Source of the DNA: Somniosus microcephalus
Lineage: Eukaryota
Assembly (NCBI GenBank): GCA_052327205.1
Contig: CM126215.1
Span: 54,622,001 to 54,686,000, forward strand
Direction of reading: 5' to 3'
Length of the DNA stretch: 64,000 bases
Shown: positions 13,151 to 25,208 of the stretch, one piece after another
Position numbering within the stretch: position 1 is the first letter of the stretch
How the letters are laid out: each line of letters begins with the position of its first letter
Position numbers and translations under genes: made by a program
The notes under the pieces: model-generated
What the model was told of the DNA's origin: nothing
What the model saw: the letters and a program-made list of their open reading frames with translations, nothing else
Database searches by the model: none

Positions 13151-13789
13151 TCTTCTATATGTATTTATAGTAAAAATAGGAAATGGTGGAAATACAGAGA
13201 GAAAAGGCAGATTAATATGTGGGAAAACATTAACCCATACTTTTCACTTTGAGATGCTGCTGTGTATCACCAACATTTGCTGTATTTATTTCAGATTTTC
13301 AGCATGAACTGTTTATTTTCCTTTTTTATGTTTATTAGGTACAATACATAAACGATACACAAATAGTAAATGCAGGCGAGGACAATGCAACTAAATTGCT
13401 TACAGGAATGACGTATCTTGTATTGGAATGCCAAAGATTGGGCTCGCTGCAGAGATGATTTTCGGACCCTAATTGAATGCGTGTTCTTATATTCTGACCA
13501 AAAGCTGCAGTAGTTCAATGTTTTCGTACACCCAATTAGGGCTCATAGGTGCATATTTCACTCACCATTACTGTCAACGTGAAGTGAGTTCACAGACAAT
13601 AGTAAAATAGAGGATATTGCCTTATGAAGCTGCGAAATATATTTATTCCACAGTGGGGGAATAGTACATAATTGGTGAGGGGCAGAGGTGATAGTTACTT
13701 GGGTCTCCTTCAGGACTGCACGGGCTTCCTAGCCAGTATTCTTCTTACATAATGTAACAACAGTATTCTCATTCATTTATGTGGCAGAG

Positions 13790-14000
13790 TTCTGTGTTAT
13801 GCAGTTATAATTAAAAGAGATTTAATTTCCGGCAGTGGAGCATTGGTCTGGTATGATGATCTTTTTTCTCGCCACTGTAGAATACAATGAAGGATTGGCC
13901 CTGAATACTTAGGAGCAGTTCTCACTGCAGTGCATGTGATGACATCAGTTGGCGAGAGTTTATCATGAAGAGGTGTCTGCATGCTTCTCGTTAGACTATC
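13790..14000. promoter_or_regulatory. Second candidate conserved non-coding block 3' of ARX
   Basis: TATAATTAA and TTTAATTT cores in non-repetitive sequence; positional argument only. Confidence 0.35.
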
Positions 14001-15649
14001 CTCTGGGTGGGTAGGTTTGTTTTACTTTATGTTATTTAGGTACTGGTTTTCTAATTCTCAGGTATTTATTTTTTCAAATTCCGAGCCGGGTGTCAACCAG
14101 TTTGTTTTGCGCCACACATTTCCCAGATTCACTGGTGCCAGTTGTTGGAATGGAGCCACTACAGTTACAGATAGTGTTCTTTGTTGGTTTAAACCCAGAG
14201 TTTATTTTTTAATAACTGGCATTGCTAATGCAGGAAAATAGTTCTGGCACGGTCATTATTTCACATACTGAGATTCTGTACTTCATGTATGTGAGATAAC
14301 ATTCATCCCAGTAAGTTATGTGCCACGCACCTTATATAAAACGCAGTCTCAGTGTTTGGATGTACAGTATTCTGAAGGATGTCTCTTCCAACATGAGTGA
14401 GGAGTCGGATTCAGGTGAAGATATTCTTACAAAATGTGCTAAGATATTGATTGACAACCAACCACCCATTCAGTGTATCAGTTGGATACTGTTTCAGTCC
14501 AGGCAGCAAGTTTTGTAAGTAGCTAATGATGTAAAAACATAGTGGCTGAAGTTGCAGCACAATTTGTAACTGCGCGGTAATAATAGACTTTATACTGTAT
14601 GTAAATTAAGTATAAGCAAGTTAATCTGAAGGACAAGGCTATGGGTCCAATCCTGTAATTGACTACTATTCTTAATTTCCCAGCACAGTGTAGTCAAAGT
14701 ATATTATTACTTCATCATTGCACCTTCTGGATATAGTCTCAAAATTGATTTATCAAGGGATACAAAAGTAACCAAGACTGTTTTCCTTCATTCTCCACAT
14801 ACCATATAATTGAGGCCAGATTGTCAATGGGGAAAATTATTAGGGACTTTAAGATATTTTGATGTAAACTATATCATAACATAGGGATATTACCCACATG
14901 ACCTCCCTTTCCCACTCGTAAAAATAGTCCTCCCCAACCTAACTCGCCCATTTTTACTTGTCAGCATGAAGATTCCTACCTGGCTGTTCCACACTTCAAA
15001 TTTGTTTCAAAGTATTTTCTAATAAGTTTTAAAATACACTAATAATAAGTTTCTACCAGTTTAACCGTTTTAACTTGGTTTTATATTCAATACAGTAAAA
15101 TAAATTCTAATAGGAATGTCATCCCACAGCTTAAGTTTTAAATGCTGTTCAAAGTGCTCAAAAACCTATGCCATTGCTGATTGGCACAGAGTGTGGCTGA
15201 AGTATTTTGCATTGAAGTGTGATATGTAGGCATGTCAGACCTGCTTCCAATTCTCATCTAGAACCATACAGAAAACATCTTCAACATAGGAAAAGGATCA
15301 CAAAGGAATGCACCAACCAGAAGATTTGAGCTCAAAATGTCAGGTGAGTGTGAGTCAGAGCACTAGACCTTTTCTATGAAGGGATGATGTTATGAAGGAA
15401 GATCCATTTAATTAATGGCACTGATTGAGGTCAACTTTGTGCACTTTGACAGATTTTGGTCAGTCTTACATGGCACTAGCTAGTTAGCACCCAGGAATCA
15501 GTACTAACTAACTCTAGTGATGTTGTTGATTCTAGTTGGGGTCCCCAGTGCTGGTTTGTACCGAGAGGCTTCGGAGACACTTTTCTGAAGTGTTATGCTT
15601 AACATCTAAGGGAAAGAAGCATTCTTAATCCTTTGCTATTGTATTAACT

Positions 15650-16450
15650 CCTACTTTATAGATGTTTCAAGCAAGCCCTCAGCCACTCTCCATTTAAAAG
15701 TTGGAGACTATGGATCCCCAACTAGAAGTTTATGGAACACAGTTTTATCTTGGGCAACAATTCTATCTAGAAGCTGACAGGGAACATTGCCCTCTTCATC
15801 TCAGTTGTCAAGAGCTTCACCAAAATAAGTGAGGACAAGTTCAAAACAGCCTGCTTCAAATTATTCAACAGTCTGCTCAGGAGCTCAGCCTCATGGATGC
15901 TTACTTTCACATGGAAATCTCCCATGAACATTGCAAGTTTCTGATGTTTTCCATTTGAATTACTATTGCAACATGGTCCCTTTCAGCTGTAACTCTGCTC
16001 CCAAAGTATTTTCTGTTGCTGCAACCCATCTACATTTGAAGCACTACCCCTTTTATCCCTAGTTAGTTGGTTCATCAGAAGTGCTTGCAAGAATACTACT
16101 CAAGCCATAGTTCAGTGGATTTTTTTCTATGTTCTGGAAGTTCAGATTTATTGTCAACTATGATAAATCCCAGTTGCAGCCAATACAGGCTTTGATGTTC
16201 ATAGTGGATCACAAACCTTTGGTATGTTACTTGAAAACCAGGCACAGGTCAGTATTGTCCTGAAAACAAATATGATCCCTCTATTTTCTTTGATTCCTAA
16301 AGCATTCCACAAAATAAAAATGGAGATTGCAATGATAATTTTGATAACCCAACATTGACCACAAAAGTTGTGATTCTCAGACATTCTGAGTAGTGTTCTG
16401 CAATTATTTGGTTAGATTCTTCATCCGATGCCAGCAGGCTTCTCCTTAAC
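15650..16450 (+). mobile_element. Degraded DIRS-type (tyrosine-recombinase retrotransposon) RT/RNase H remnant
   Basis: DKFK...SLMDAYFHMEISHEHCKFLMF (15830-15950), YYCNMVPFSCNSAPKVFS (15961-16014) and FIVNYDKSQLQPIQALMFI (16147-16203). These match DIRS RT motifs DLKDAYFHI.I...H.KFL.F, LPFGL.SAP.VFTK and GF.VN.EKS.L.P.Q...FLG in order. Stops and frameshifts present. Confidence 0.65.
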
Positions 16451-16799
16451 CTGCTGGCTATTAAAATGGAACAGTCCCTAGTCAAAGGATTTCTTATGTT
16501 TTGGTGGCTTTCAGAAAACCTCCCATTAATAAAGCTTAGAATGCAAGATGGAAGAAATTAAGTTATGTAGTGTTGTACCAAGAACCTGGGTCTACTGTCA
16601 TATAAGACTGCTCGCATTTTAGATGACCATTATAATTCATTAACTTAGCCTTGAAGCTAACATCCATTAATTCTATCTTGTAGGCATTGCAACCTTTCAT
16701 TATTTTCACAGGAGGGGCACTGGTGGGCCAGGGATGGGGTAGAGTTGGAGGGGTTGGTAGAAGTTCTGTGACACTGCTACTGTGCTCCAAAGAGGAGAA

Positions 16800-17095
16800 A
16801 CCTGCTCCAATGTTCTTGTTCTTGTTTATAAATCACTCTGTAGGCTCTCCTCCCTACCTTAGTGATCTCCTCCTGCCTTACATCACTGTGCTCAACCCGA
16901 CTCCTCTAAAACCAGATTCTTCCATTATGCTCCTGCCCTCTGGAATTCTAAACCAAGTTCCCAATCCATGGCTCTCCATTGTTCTTCCAATTACCCACAC
17001 TTTGTGACCACTGTATCTATTTCTTCCTTTTTGTAAAGCACTCTGAGGCATCTTCTGCACATGAAGAGTGCTATATAAGTGCAAGTTGTTGGTGT
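16800..17095 (+). mobile_element. L2 LINE 3' fragment (old)
   Basis: Pyrimidine-rich L2-type 3' region ending in gtgctatataagtgcaagttgttg. Confidence 0.6.
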
Positions 17096-17249
17096 TATTG
17101 AAAGAACAAAGAAGTTTTGCAAATTTCAGAAACTGTCCTTTAAGACAGTGCTTCTAGTGAACATTAGTATGCATCATTATCATTTAATTGGTAAGAAACC
17201 CTTAGGTGAAGTTCATGAGCATTTGATGAAATGCTGTTACTTTGTGAGC

Positions 17250-18060
17250 TACAATAACAACTTGTATTCATATAACACCTTTAACGTAAAGAACACCCTG
17301 GGGAAAACAGGAAGAGCAAGATATGGGCCAAAAGTTGAAGACATAGGATTTGAGCAGGTTTTTAAAGGAGGAGAGGGGGATGGAACGGTAACAGAAGTTT
17401 AGGGAGGGAATTCTAGTGAGTAGGACCCAAAAAGCTAAAGGCTTTGCTGGGATGAAGGGAGAGAATGTAAGCCAGTCAGAGGAACAAAGTGTGCGGGGGT
17501 GGGGGGAGGGGGAAAGGGAAGGGAATAAAGAGTAGAGGAGATTGCAGATTTATGGTAGGGCAATGCCACTGAGGGATTTAAAGACAAAGGGAAAAAATAA
17601 AATTTAATGTGTTGGGGATTAAAGAGTTTTTGTAGAAATGCTATATGGAATATACATTACTACAACAGCAACAACTTACATTTATAGGGCCTCTTTAATG
17701 TAGGAAGATGTCTCAAGGCATTTCACAGAGGCATAAAGAAAATGAACGCCAAGCCAAAGAAGGAGAAATTAAGAGGAGTGACCAAAAGCTTGGTCAATGA
17801 GATGGGTTTCAATGAGGGTCTTAAAGGAGGAGAGGGCTTTAGAGAGCTAATTCCAGAATTGGATCTAGCCGGCTGAAGACATGGTTGCCAATAGTAGGAC
17901 GAGGAAGGGGAGGATACAGAGGAGGCTAGAGGCAGGGGAATGGAGGTTACAGTGGGTGGGGAGCGGAAGTATTGTAGGGTTGGAGACTATAGAGATAGGG
18001 AGGGGCAAGGGCATTGAATGATTTAACCACAAGGATAAAAATGTTAAAATGTGGTGTTGA
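17250..18060 (-). mobile_element. Two tandem L2 3'-end fragments
   Basis: Each begins with the reverse-complement tail aacaactt(g/a)(t/c)att..tat (about 17256 and 17670), followed by purine-rich L2 3' sequence similar to 29331-30134. Confidence 0.65.
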
Positions 18061-18499
18061 CATTGTTTTACTATACTTGCATTTATTGACCAAGGTCAGC
18101 CAGAGTTCAGTAGGCCTGTTTTGTCTGCAGGTGTTTCAACTAATCCGCGAGGATCTCTTTCCTCCCTTTTCTAGGAAATACATAGTCAGTCAGTCAGTCA
18201 CCTAAAGTATACAGATGGAAGAAGAAAGCTAGGGTTCATACTATGCAATGTCTTCATCTTTCAACTGGCATTGGGAACATCTTTCATTTTTAAAATGGGA
18301 AGATCCACCCTATTGGCCCCACATTCCTTCTTGCTGGAAGTATTTGGTAAACACTTATGAAACTTTGATTCTTGGTCAGTGTTTCTGCAGAGTTATTCTC
18401 CCACCTTCTCTTTCTTGTTTAGAAGCTCAAGTGAGTAATTGTTTTAGATTGCATGAAGAAAAAGTCTGTGGGTGATATCTTGATAGTCAAAATCAAAAA

Positions 18500-19290
18500 C
18501 ATCTTCAGAGGCTGACGTCCTTCTTAAATTTCCTTTGAATACCTGTTTTTTTTCTTTCCTTTTGCAAAGGCACTGACTTTTTGGGGGTAAATTGGGATGC
18601 ATTGCTGCCAGCAACTGGCCATTCTTCATGTGTGGCACTCAGGTCTGACTGGCCATTTGACCATTTAAGCCATGGCAGCAAGCCCATGCCTGTTCTGAAC
18701 TGATTTCCACACATCACAGAATCACAGAAACCCCACAGTGCAGATAGAGGCCATTTCGGCCCATCGAGCCTGCACCGACACATATCCCACCCGATCCCCG
18801 TAACCCCTACACCAACACATATCCCACCCTATCCCCGTAACCCCACGTATTTAATCCCCCTAACACTAAGGGTCAATTTTATCATAGCCAATCAACCTAA
18901 CCCGCACATCTTTGGACTGTGGGAGGAAACCGGAGCACCCGGAGGAAACCCACGCAAACACGGGGAGAATGTGCAAACTCCACACAGACAGTCGCCTGAG
19001 GCCGGATTCGAACCCGGGTCCCGGGTCCCTGGTGCTGTGAGGCAACAGTGCTAACCACTATGCCACCGTGCTGCCCCTATGCCACCGTGCTGCCACATGC
19101 ATGATTTCTATCAAGGGTTATTAGATAGCAACCAGGAGTAGGTAGGAACCCTGACTGATTTGACACTCTCTAACCCCAGGGATTCATAGGTCAATTGTAG
19201 CACTCTAACAGAGACCAGTTAATTCAGCAGACCAAGGATCAAACTTGGGACCTTTGAATTTGCATATCTTAACGCCACTCCACACAGGAG
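18500..19290 (-). mobile_element. Old tRNA-headed SINE-like repeat (family unnamed), interrupted by an HE1 SINE
   Basis: Shares blocks with 24490-24760, 35255-35410 and 55555-55830 (ggccattcttcatgtg, accaaggatcaaacttggga). Split by the insertion at 18713-19094. Confidence 0.5.
18713..19094 (-). mobile_element. HE1-type V-SINE, full length and young
   Basis: Minus strand GGCAGCACGGTGGCATAGTGGTTAGC (A box)...GGTTCGAATCC (B box), V-domain TGTGTGGAGTTTGCACATTCTCCCCGTG...TTTCCTCCGGGTGCTCCGGTTTCCTCCCACAGTCCAAAGA, and a CR1-type tail with TTCTGTGA repeats. Possible cacat target duplication. Confidence 0.88.
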
Positions 19291-19809
19291 TTGGGGGAAT
19301 AACAATCTGGCTCTAATCCCACAATATGTGGAAGATGCTTCCATTCAAAAACTGAAGATTACTATATAGGTAGGTGGTGGGGCTGCCAGTTCGGATTCAT
19401 ATCTGTGACACCAAGACAGATATTTAGCAGTTATTTGGAAAGCTACAGTTACCACTGCACTTACTGAGTGAGTCACCTACTGGTATTTTGAATCCGGTTA
19501 CATTCAGATATTGTTTCAAGATACGTAACTTGTTCCTGCAGAAGAAGAATTCTCTCGTCATACCAAATTACTAGTGTTTCACAACCCAGGATTATCATTG
19601 TGATTTTTTTTTGCAGGCGTGCAAGAATGCCTGCACCATATCCCCAGTGAGTCATTTCATTTATTCTGTGGAAATGAACCACCTATTAAAATGCAGCAAG
19701 CCTTTTATATTCTAGGATGCTGCACTAACGTTGCAACTGGTTAAGGGTTGGTTCATAAAATAAATTATAATTTCTTATTTTTTGTACATCAATGGACAGT
19801 GACCATAAT

Positions 19810-19929
19810 GGGGCGGATATTCTGAGCCCCACGGGTGCGTACAAGGTATACGCACCCGTAGGGGCCTCGCAAGTGCTGGTTTCAAGCATGCAAAGTCACG
19901 CTAAAACCTGGCACTTCCGATCTGTCAGA
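19810..19929. mobile_element. Terminal fragment of the Harbinger-like MITE family, abutting the CR1 5' end
   Basis: Similar to the reverse complement of 35055-35187. Contains a perfect 11-bp hairpin at 19831-19859. Confidence 0.7.
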
Positions 19930-22505
19930 TGAGGAGGAGGAGGATTGCAAACAGTAAGGCGGAGGTTGGGGATGGCATTAAAAGGGAAATTAAAGAAGCG
20001 TGCAATAAGGGCACAGCAGTCATCATGGGTGACTTTAATCTACATATGGATTGGGCCAACCAAATTAGTAACAATACTGTGGAGGAGGAATTCCTGGAGT
20101 GTTTACGGGATGGTTTCCTGGACCAATATGTCGAGGAACCAACCAGAGATCAGGCCATCTTAGACTGGGTATTATGTAATGAGAAAGGATTAATTAGCAA
20201 TCTTGTTGTACGAGGCCCCTTGGGTCGGAGCGATCATAATATGATCGAATTCTTCATTAAGATGGAGAATGAAGTAGTTGACTCAGAGACAAGGGTCCTC
20301 AATTTAAATAAAGGAAACTACGATGGTCTGAGGAGCGAGTTGGGTAGGATTGATTGGGGAATGTCACTCAAAGGGTTGACAGTGGATTGGCAATGGCAAA
20401 CATTCAAAGACCAAATGGATGAGCTACAGAATTTGTTCATCCCAGTTTGGCATAAAAATAAAACAAAAAAGGTGACTCAACTGTGGCTAACAAGGGAAAG
20501 TAGGGATAGCATAAGATCCAAGGAGAGGACATATAAATTGGCTAGAAAAAGCAATAATTCTGAGGATTGGGAGCAGTTTAGGAGTCAACAAAGGAGGACA
20601 AAGGGATTAATTATAAAGGGAAAATAGAATATGAGAGTAAGCTTGCAGGGAACATAAAAACTGACTGTAAAAACTTTTATAGATATGTGAAGAGAAAAAG
20701 ATTGGTGAAGTCAAGCGTAGGTCCCTTACAGTCAGAATCAGGGGAATTTATAATGGGAAACAAGGAAATGGCAGACCAACTAAATACATACTTTGGTTCT
20801 GTCTTCACAAAGGAGGACACAAATAACCTCCCAGAGATGCCGGGGAACATAGGGTCTGATGAAAGGGAGGAACTGAAAGAAATCAGTATTTGTAGGGAAA
20901 TGGTGTTAGGAAAATTGATGGGACTGAAGGCCGATAAATCCCCAGGGCCTGATGGTCTACATCCCAGGGTACTTAAGGAGGTGGCCCTAGAGATAGTAGA
21001 TGCATTGCTGGTCATCTTCCAGAATTCAATAGACTCTGGAACGGTACCCATGGATTGGAGGGGAGCTAATGTTACCCCACTATTCAAAAAAGGTGGTAGA
21101 GAAAAAGCGGGGAATTATAGACCGGTAAGCCTGACATCGGTAGTGGGGAAAATGCTAGAGTCTATTATAAAAGATGTAATAGCAGAGCACTTGGAAAGCA
21201 GTGACAGGATCAGACAAAGTCAACATGGATTTACAAAAGGTAAATTATGCTTGACTAATCTACTGGAATTTTTTGAGGATGTAACTGGTAAAATAGATAA
21301 AGGAGAACCAGTGGATGTGGTGTATTTGGACTTTCAGAAGGCTTTCGATAAGGTCCCACATAAGAGATTAGCGTGCAAAATTAAGGCACATGGGATTGGG
21401 GGCAAGGTATTGACTTGGATAGAGAACTGGTTGGCGGACAGAAAGCAAAGAGTTGGAATAAATGGGTCGTTTTCCGAGTGGCAGGCAGTGACTAGTGGGG
21501 TACCGCAAGAATCGGTCCTAGGACCCCAGCTGTTCACAATATATATTAATGATCTGGATGAGGGAATTGGATGTAATATCTCCAAATTTGCAGACGACAC
21601 AAAGCTGGGTGGGAGGGTAAGCTGTGAGGAGGATGTCGTGAAACTCCAGTATGATTTGGACAGGTTGGGTGATTGGGTAGAAACATGGCAAATGCACTAT
21701 AATGTGGATAAATGTGAAGTTATCCACTTTGGTGGCAAAAACAGGAAGGCAGATTATTATTTGAATGGCAATAGATTGGGAGAAGGGGAAGTGCAAAGAG
21801 ACCTGGGTGTTATTGTGCACCAGTCGCTGTAGGTAAGCATGCAGGTGGTTAAGAAGGCAAATGGTATGTTGGCCTTCGTAGCAAGAGGGTTCGAGTACAG
21901 GAACAAGGATGTCTTGCTACAGTTGTACAGGGCCTTGGTGAGACCGCACCTTGAGTATTGTGTGCAGTTTTGGTCACCTTACCTGAGGAAGGACGTTCTT
22001 GCCATGGAGGGAGTGCAGCGATGATTCACCAGGCTGATACCTGGGATGGCAGGAATGACGTATGAGGAGAGATTGTGTCGATTGGGCTTATACTAACTGG
22101 AGTTTAGAAGATTGAGAGGGGATCTCATCGAAACCTATAAAATTCTGTCAGGTCTGGACAGACTAGATGCAGGAAGGATGTTTCTGATGGCCGGGGAGTC
22201 CAGAACCAGCGGTCATAGTCTAAGGATAAGGGGTAAGCCATTTAGGACTGAAATGAGGAGGAATTTCTTCACCCAGAGTGGTGAACCTGTGGAATTCTCT
22301 GCCACAGAGGGCGGTGGAGGCCATTCATTAAATATATTCAAGAAAGAATTGGATATATTTCTTGAGGCTAAAGGGATCAAGGGATATGCGGAGAAGGCAG
22401 CGACAGGGTACTGAATTTGGATGATCAGCCAGGATCTCATTGAATGGCGGAGCAGGCTCGAAGGGCCGAATGGCCTACTCCTGCTCCTATCTTCTATGTT
22501 TCTAT
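19930..22505 (+). mobile_element. CR1 LINE, 5'-truncated ORF2 (endonuclease C-part plus RT), young but disabled
   Basis: Motifs IMGDFN, SDHN, KSPGPDG, NYRPVSLTS, YLDFQKAFDKVPH, GVPQ.SVLGP, SKFADDTK, RPHLEYC. Frameshift near 20620, nonsense codons at 21830 and 22022. 3' tail ggccgaatggcctactcctgctcctatcttctatgtttctat. Confidence 0.93.
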
Positions 22506-23714
22506 CTAGAAAGTGAATAAGTCAAAATAAGCAAAAAACACACTAAGGTCAATCAGGTGCGCCATTGTTTACACTTTAAGCCAAATTACATGAAACATAA
22601 AGAGGTGCTCACCAGTGAGAAATTCTGGTGAGTTTTCATGATTTGAAGGGTCTCTTCCACAGAAATAACATTGCAAAAAAACAACTTTTAGTTGTAACCA
22701 TCACTTTAACCTAAGGTTATACTCCATATACCATAAGGTATAACCTGAAGTATAATAATTCTGTTGATTCTCCATTACATTCTCCACACCCACTAAATAC
22801 TGGACTATAAATACAACCTTGTGCAACCTGCATCAGCATCTTATTTCTAAAGCATCCAGGAACAAGTTATCTTGAAACAATATATGAATGTAACCAGATT
22901 CAAAATACCAGTAGGTGACTCACTCAGTAAGTGCATTGGTAAGTGAGCTTTCCAAATAATTGCTAAATATCTCTGCCTTTGTGTCAGATATGAATCTGAA
23001 CAAGCAGCTGATCACCACTTGACCTCTTGCTTTTACTAGAACACATTTGTGGTATTTATCCAGATCGAGACCAAGAAATTCTGCATTGGAGACTGGAAAT
23101 ATGGAAGTGCCACTTGTGCTGCTCTGCATTCTAAACTAGTTGATACGGCAGAAAATCTGTACTTGGGATTTTCTTAAGTTCCACCTGTCATCAGGATCAA
23201 TTTCCCAGCCAACAAAGCATGCATAAGCTGTAATGGTGGAAGAGAGAGAGATTTACGATGCACTCCTACACCAAGATAATTTGGTTTATTCATCATCTTC
23301 AGGCTTTTGGGGGGGAAGCTGGATTTATATCTACAGCTGCAATGGAGAACATTGTGGAGATTAATCAGCAGATTGAGCTGTTGAAGTCTTAAAAAATCAT
23401 CATGCTAATGCTACATATATGGTTACTTCCATCAATCTGGTAGATCTAAGCATAATATACATCTTATTGGGTGGGCCTGTATGTCTGTTATGTCCTTCAA
23501 AACCCAATACATTATTTGGAAGAAGTCACAACTAAATGGCATATTTGAGCTTGGCTATAATTCCTAAGTAGTCTACATGAAAATGTGAAACAACTTTTAC
23601 TTTGCCTGTAACATTAAGGGTGCACAACTTCTGTATAGACACAAATATAAGCACTACTCCTGCCGGAGACTCCTCAGAGTGAGAGCAGAAAGTTATTTAC
23701 TGCAGAACTTTGAT

Positions 23715-24440
23715 ATCCACTACTTGGAACACAAGGAAATACTTAGGGGACCTCCTTCTTGATGGCAGAGACTGCCTGGCTGGCAGATGCTATCAAAGTA
23801 AGCTTGAGTTTTTGCAGTGTATCTTGTACACAGTACACACTGCAGCCAGTATGCAAGTGGTTCAGTTAGGAAATGGAGTCCTGAAGCAGGGGCACTGATA
23901 AAGTTGACTGTTCTGTCTAGGATGGCGTGGAGCTTTGAGTGTTGTTGTTCAGGTGAGTGGTGAGTATTCCAGCACACTCTTGACTTGAGTTTTGAAGATA
24001 CTGGAGAAGGTTTGAGAGGTTGCCAAAGGCGAGTCACCGGTTATAGTCTCTGGCCTGCTCTTGTAATTATGTTGTTATGGCTGGTCCAATTAAGCTTCTG
24101 GTCAATGGTGACCTCTAGGATATTGACTTAGCAATAGTGGTTCCATTGGAGGTCAGTCGGAGATAGTTGGGCTTTTACTTTTTCAGGATGGTCATTGTCT
24201 GACACTCGTGGCATGAATGCTACATACCACTTGTTAGCCCAAACTTGGATGCTGTCCAAGTCCTGTTGGAGGTTGGCATGGGCTGCTTCATTATCAGAGG
24301 GACTGTGAAAAGTTAACACTGTAAAATCATTATTAAACAGCCCTACTTCTGACCTTAAGATGGAGGGAAGTTCATTGAGGAAAGAACTGAGGATGGCTGA
24401 ATGAAAGATAGTGCCCGTAGGAATTCCTGGAGCACCACTG
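23715..24440 (-). mobile_element. Degraded CR1-group LINE fragment (same family as 57472-58390)
   Basis: Minus-strand peptide SDNEAAHANLQQDLDSIQVWANKW; matches the reverse complement of 57472-58390. Confidence 0.7.
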
Positions 24441-24489
24441 CCCTGTATTTGTTGAGAACTTGCAATGGCTCAACTGAAACAATTTTTTT

Positions 24490-24760
24490 TCTTCCTCTTA
24501 AAGGCATCACCCATTTTTGGGCTACAGTTCCATAGGCACCAGTTACCCTCTAGTACCCAAGTGCCTTTTATTCATGTCCTGGTATCAGTGGATTACTGAG
24601 CCAGAGTCCATCCCTGTTTTTACCTTCTGTAGGGCAGGGGTGCTGAAGCACCACCAAACTCTTGCTTCAACTCAGACCATCTAAGTCAACACCGACCAAG
24701 ATCAAACTTGGGATTTTTCTGGTCTGTATGATGCCATACCAGGCCAGGAAAATTATTTAC
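24490..24760 (-). mobile_element. Old tRNA-headed SINE-like repeat (family unnamed)
   Basis: Shared blocks with 18500-19290 and 55555-55830. Confidence 0.45.
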
Positions 24761-24959
24761 CAACTTGGCACTCTTTCTCCTTTTGAATCAGTTTTCTCCT
24801 GTTCCTCCACCTCCTCTCCTGAAGACAGACTCATTGCTGGGGCAAAGAATCATCAAGGTTGATATTCCTGAAAATAGGATTTCTTTCCAGTAGAAAAACA
24901 ATTGAGATCAGTCCCTTTTACCAAATTTGGATGAAGATCATGGAGGATTCATGAGCAAA

Positions 24960-25208
24960 AGCCGTGGCTTAGTGGCAGAACTCTTGCCTCTGATTCAGAA
25001 GGTTGTGGGCTCAAGTCCCACTGCAGAGACTTGAGCACAAAATCTAGGCTTACACTCCAGTGCAGTCTTGAACTATTGAAGGTGCCATCTTTCAGATGAG
25101 ATTTTAAACCAAGGTCTATTTGGCTCTCCCAGGTAGACGTAAAAGATCCCATGACACTATTAGAAGAACAAGGAGTTCTTCCTGATGACTTTGCTAATAT
25201 TTATCCCT
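24960..25208 (+). mobile_element. DeuSINE (SacSINE1-like), 5' part
   Basis: tRNA-like head gccgtggcttagtgg...gggctcaagtccca and Deu-domain-like core; colinear with 60697-61140. Confidence 0.78.

Noticed and set aside
16195-16230. VDHKPLV resembling the Gypsy RNase H motif TDHKPL
   Set aside because: It directly follows DIRS-type RT motifs, which explain the region better; treated as coincidence.
18990-19094. tRNA-like A/B boxes here and at 24960, 41700-41778 and 60697
   Set aside because: These are SINE heads continuous with SINE bodies, not tRNA genes.
20677-22440. Antisense ORFs over CR1 (and over Rex1 at 32413-33652)
   Set aside because: Shadow frames of the retrotransposon ORF.
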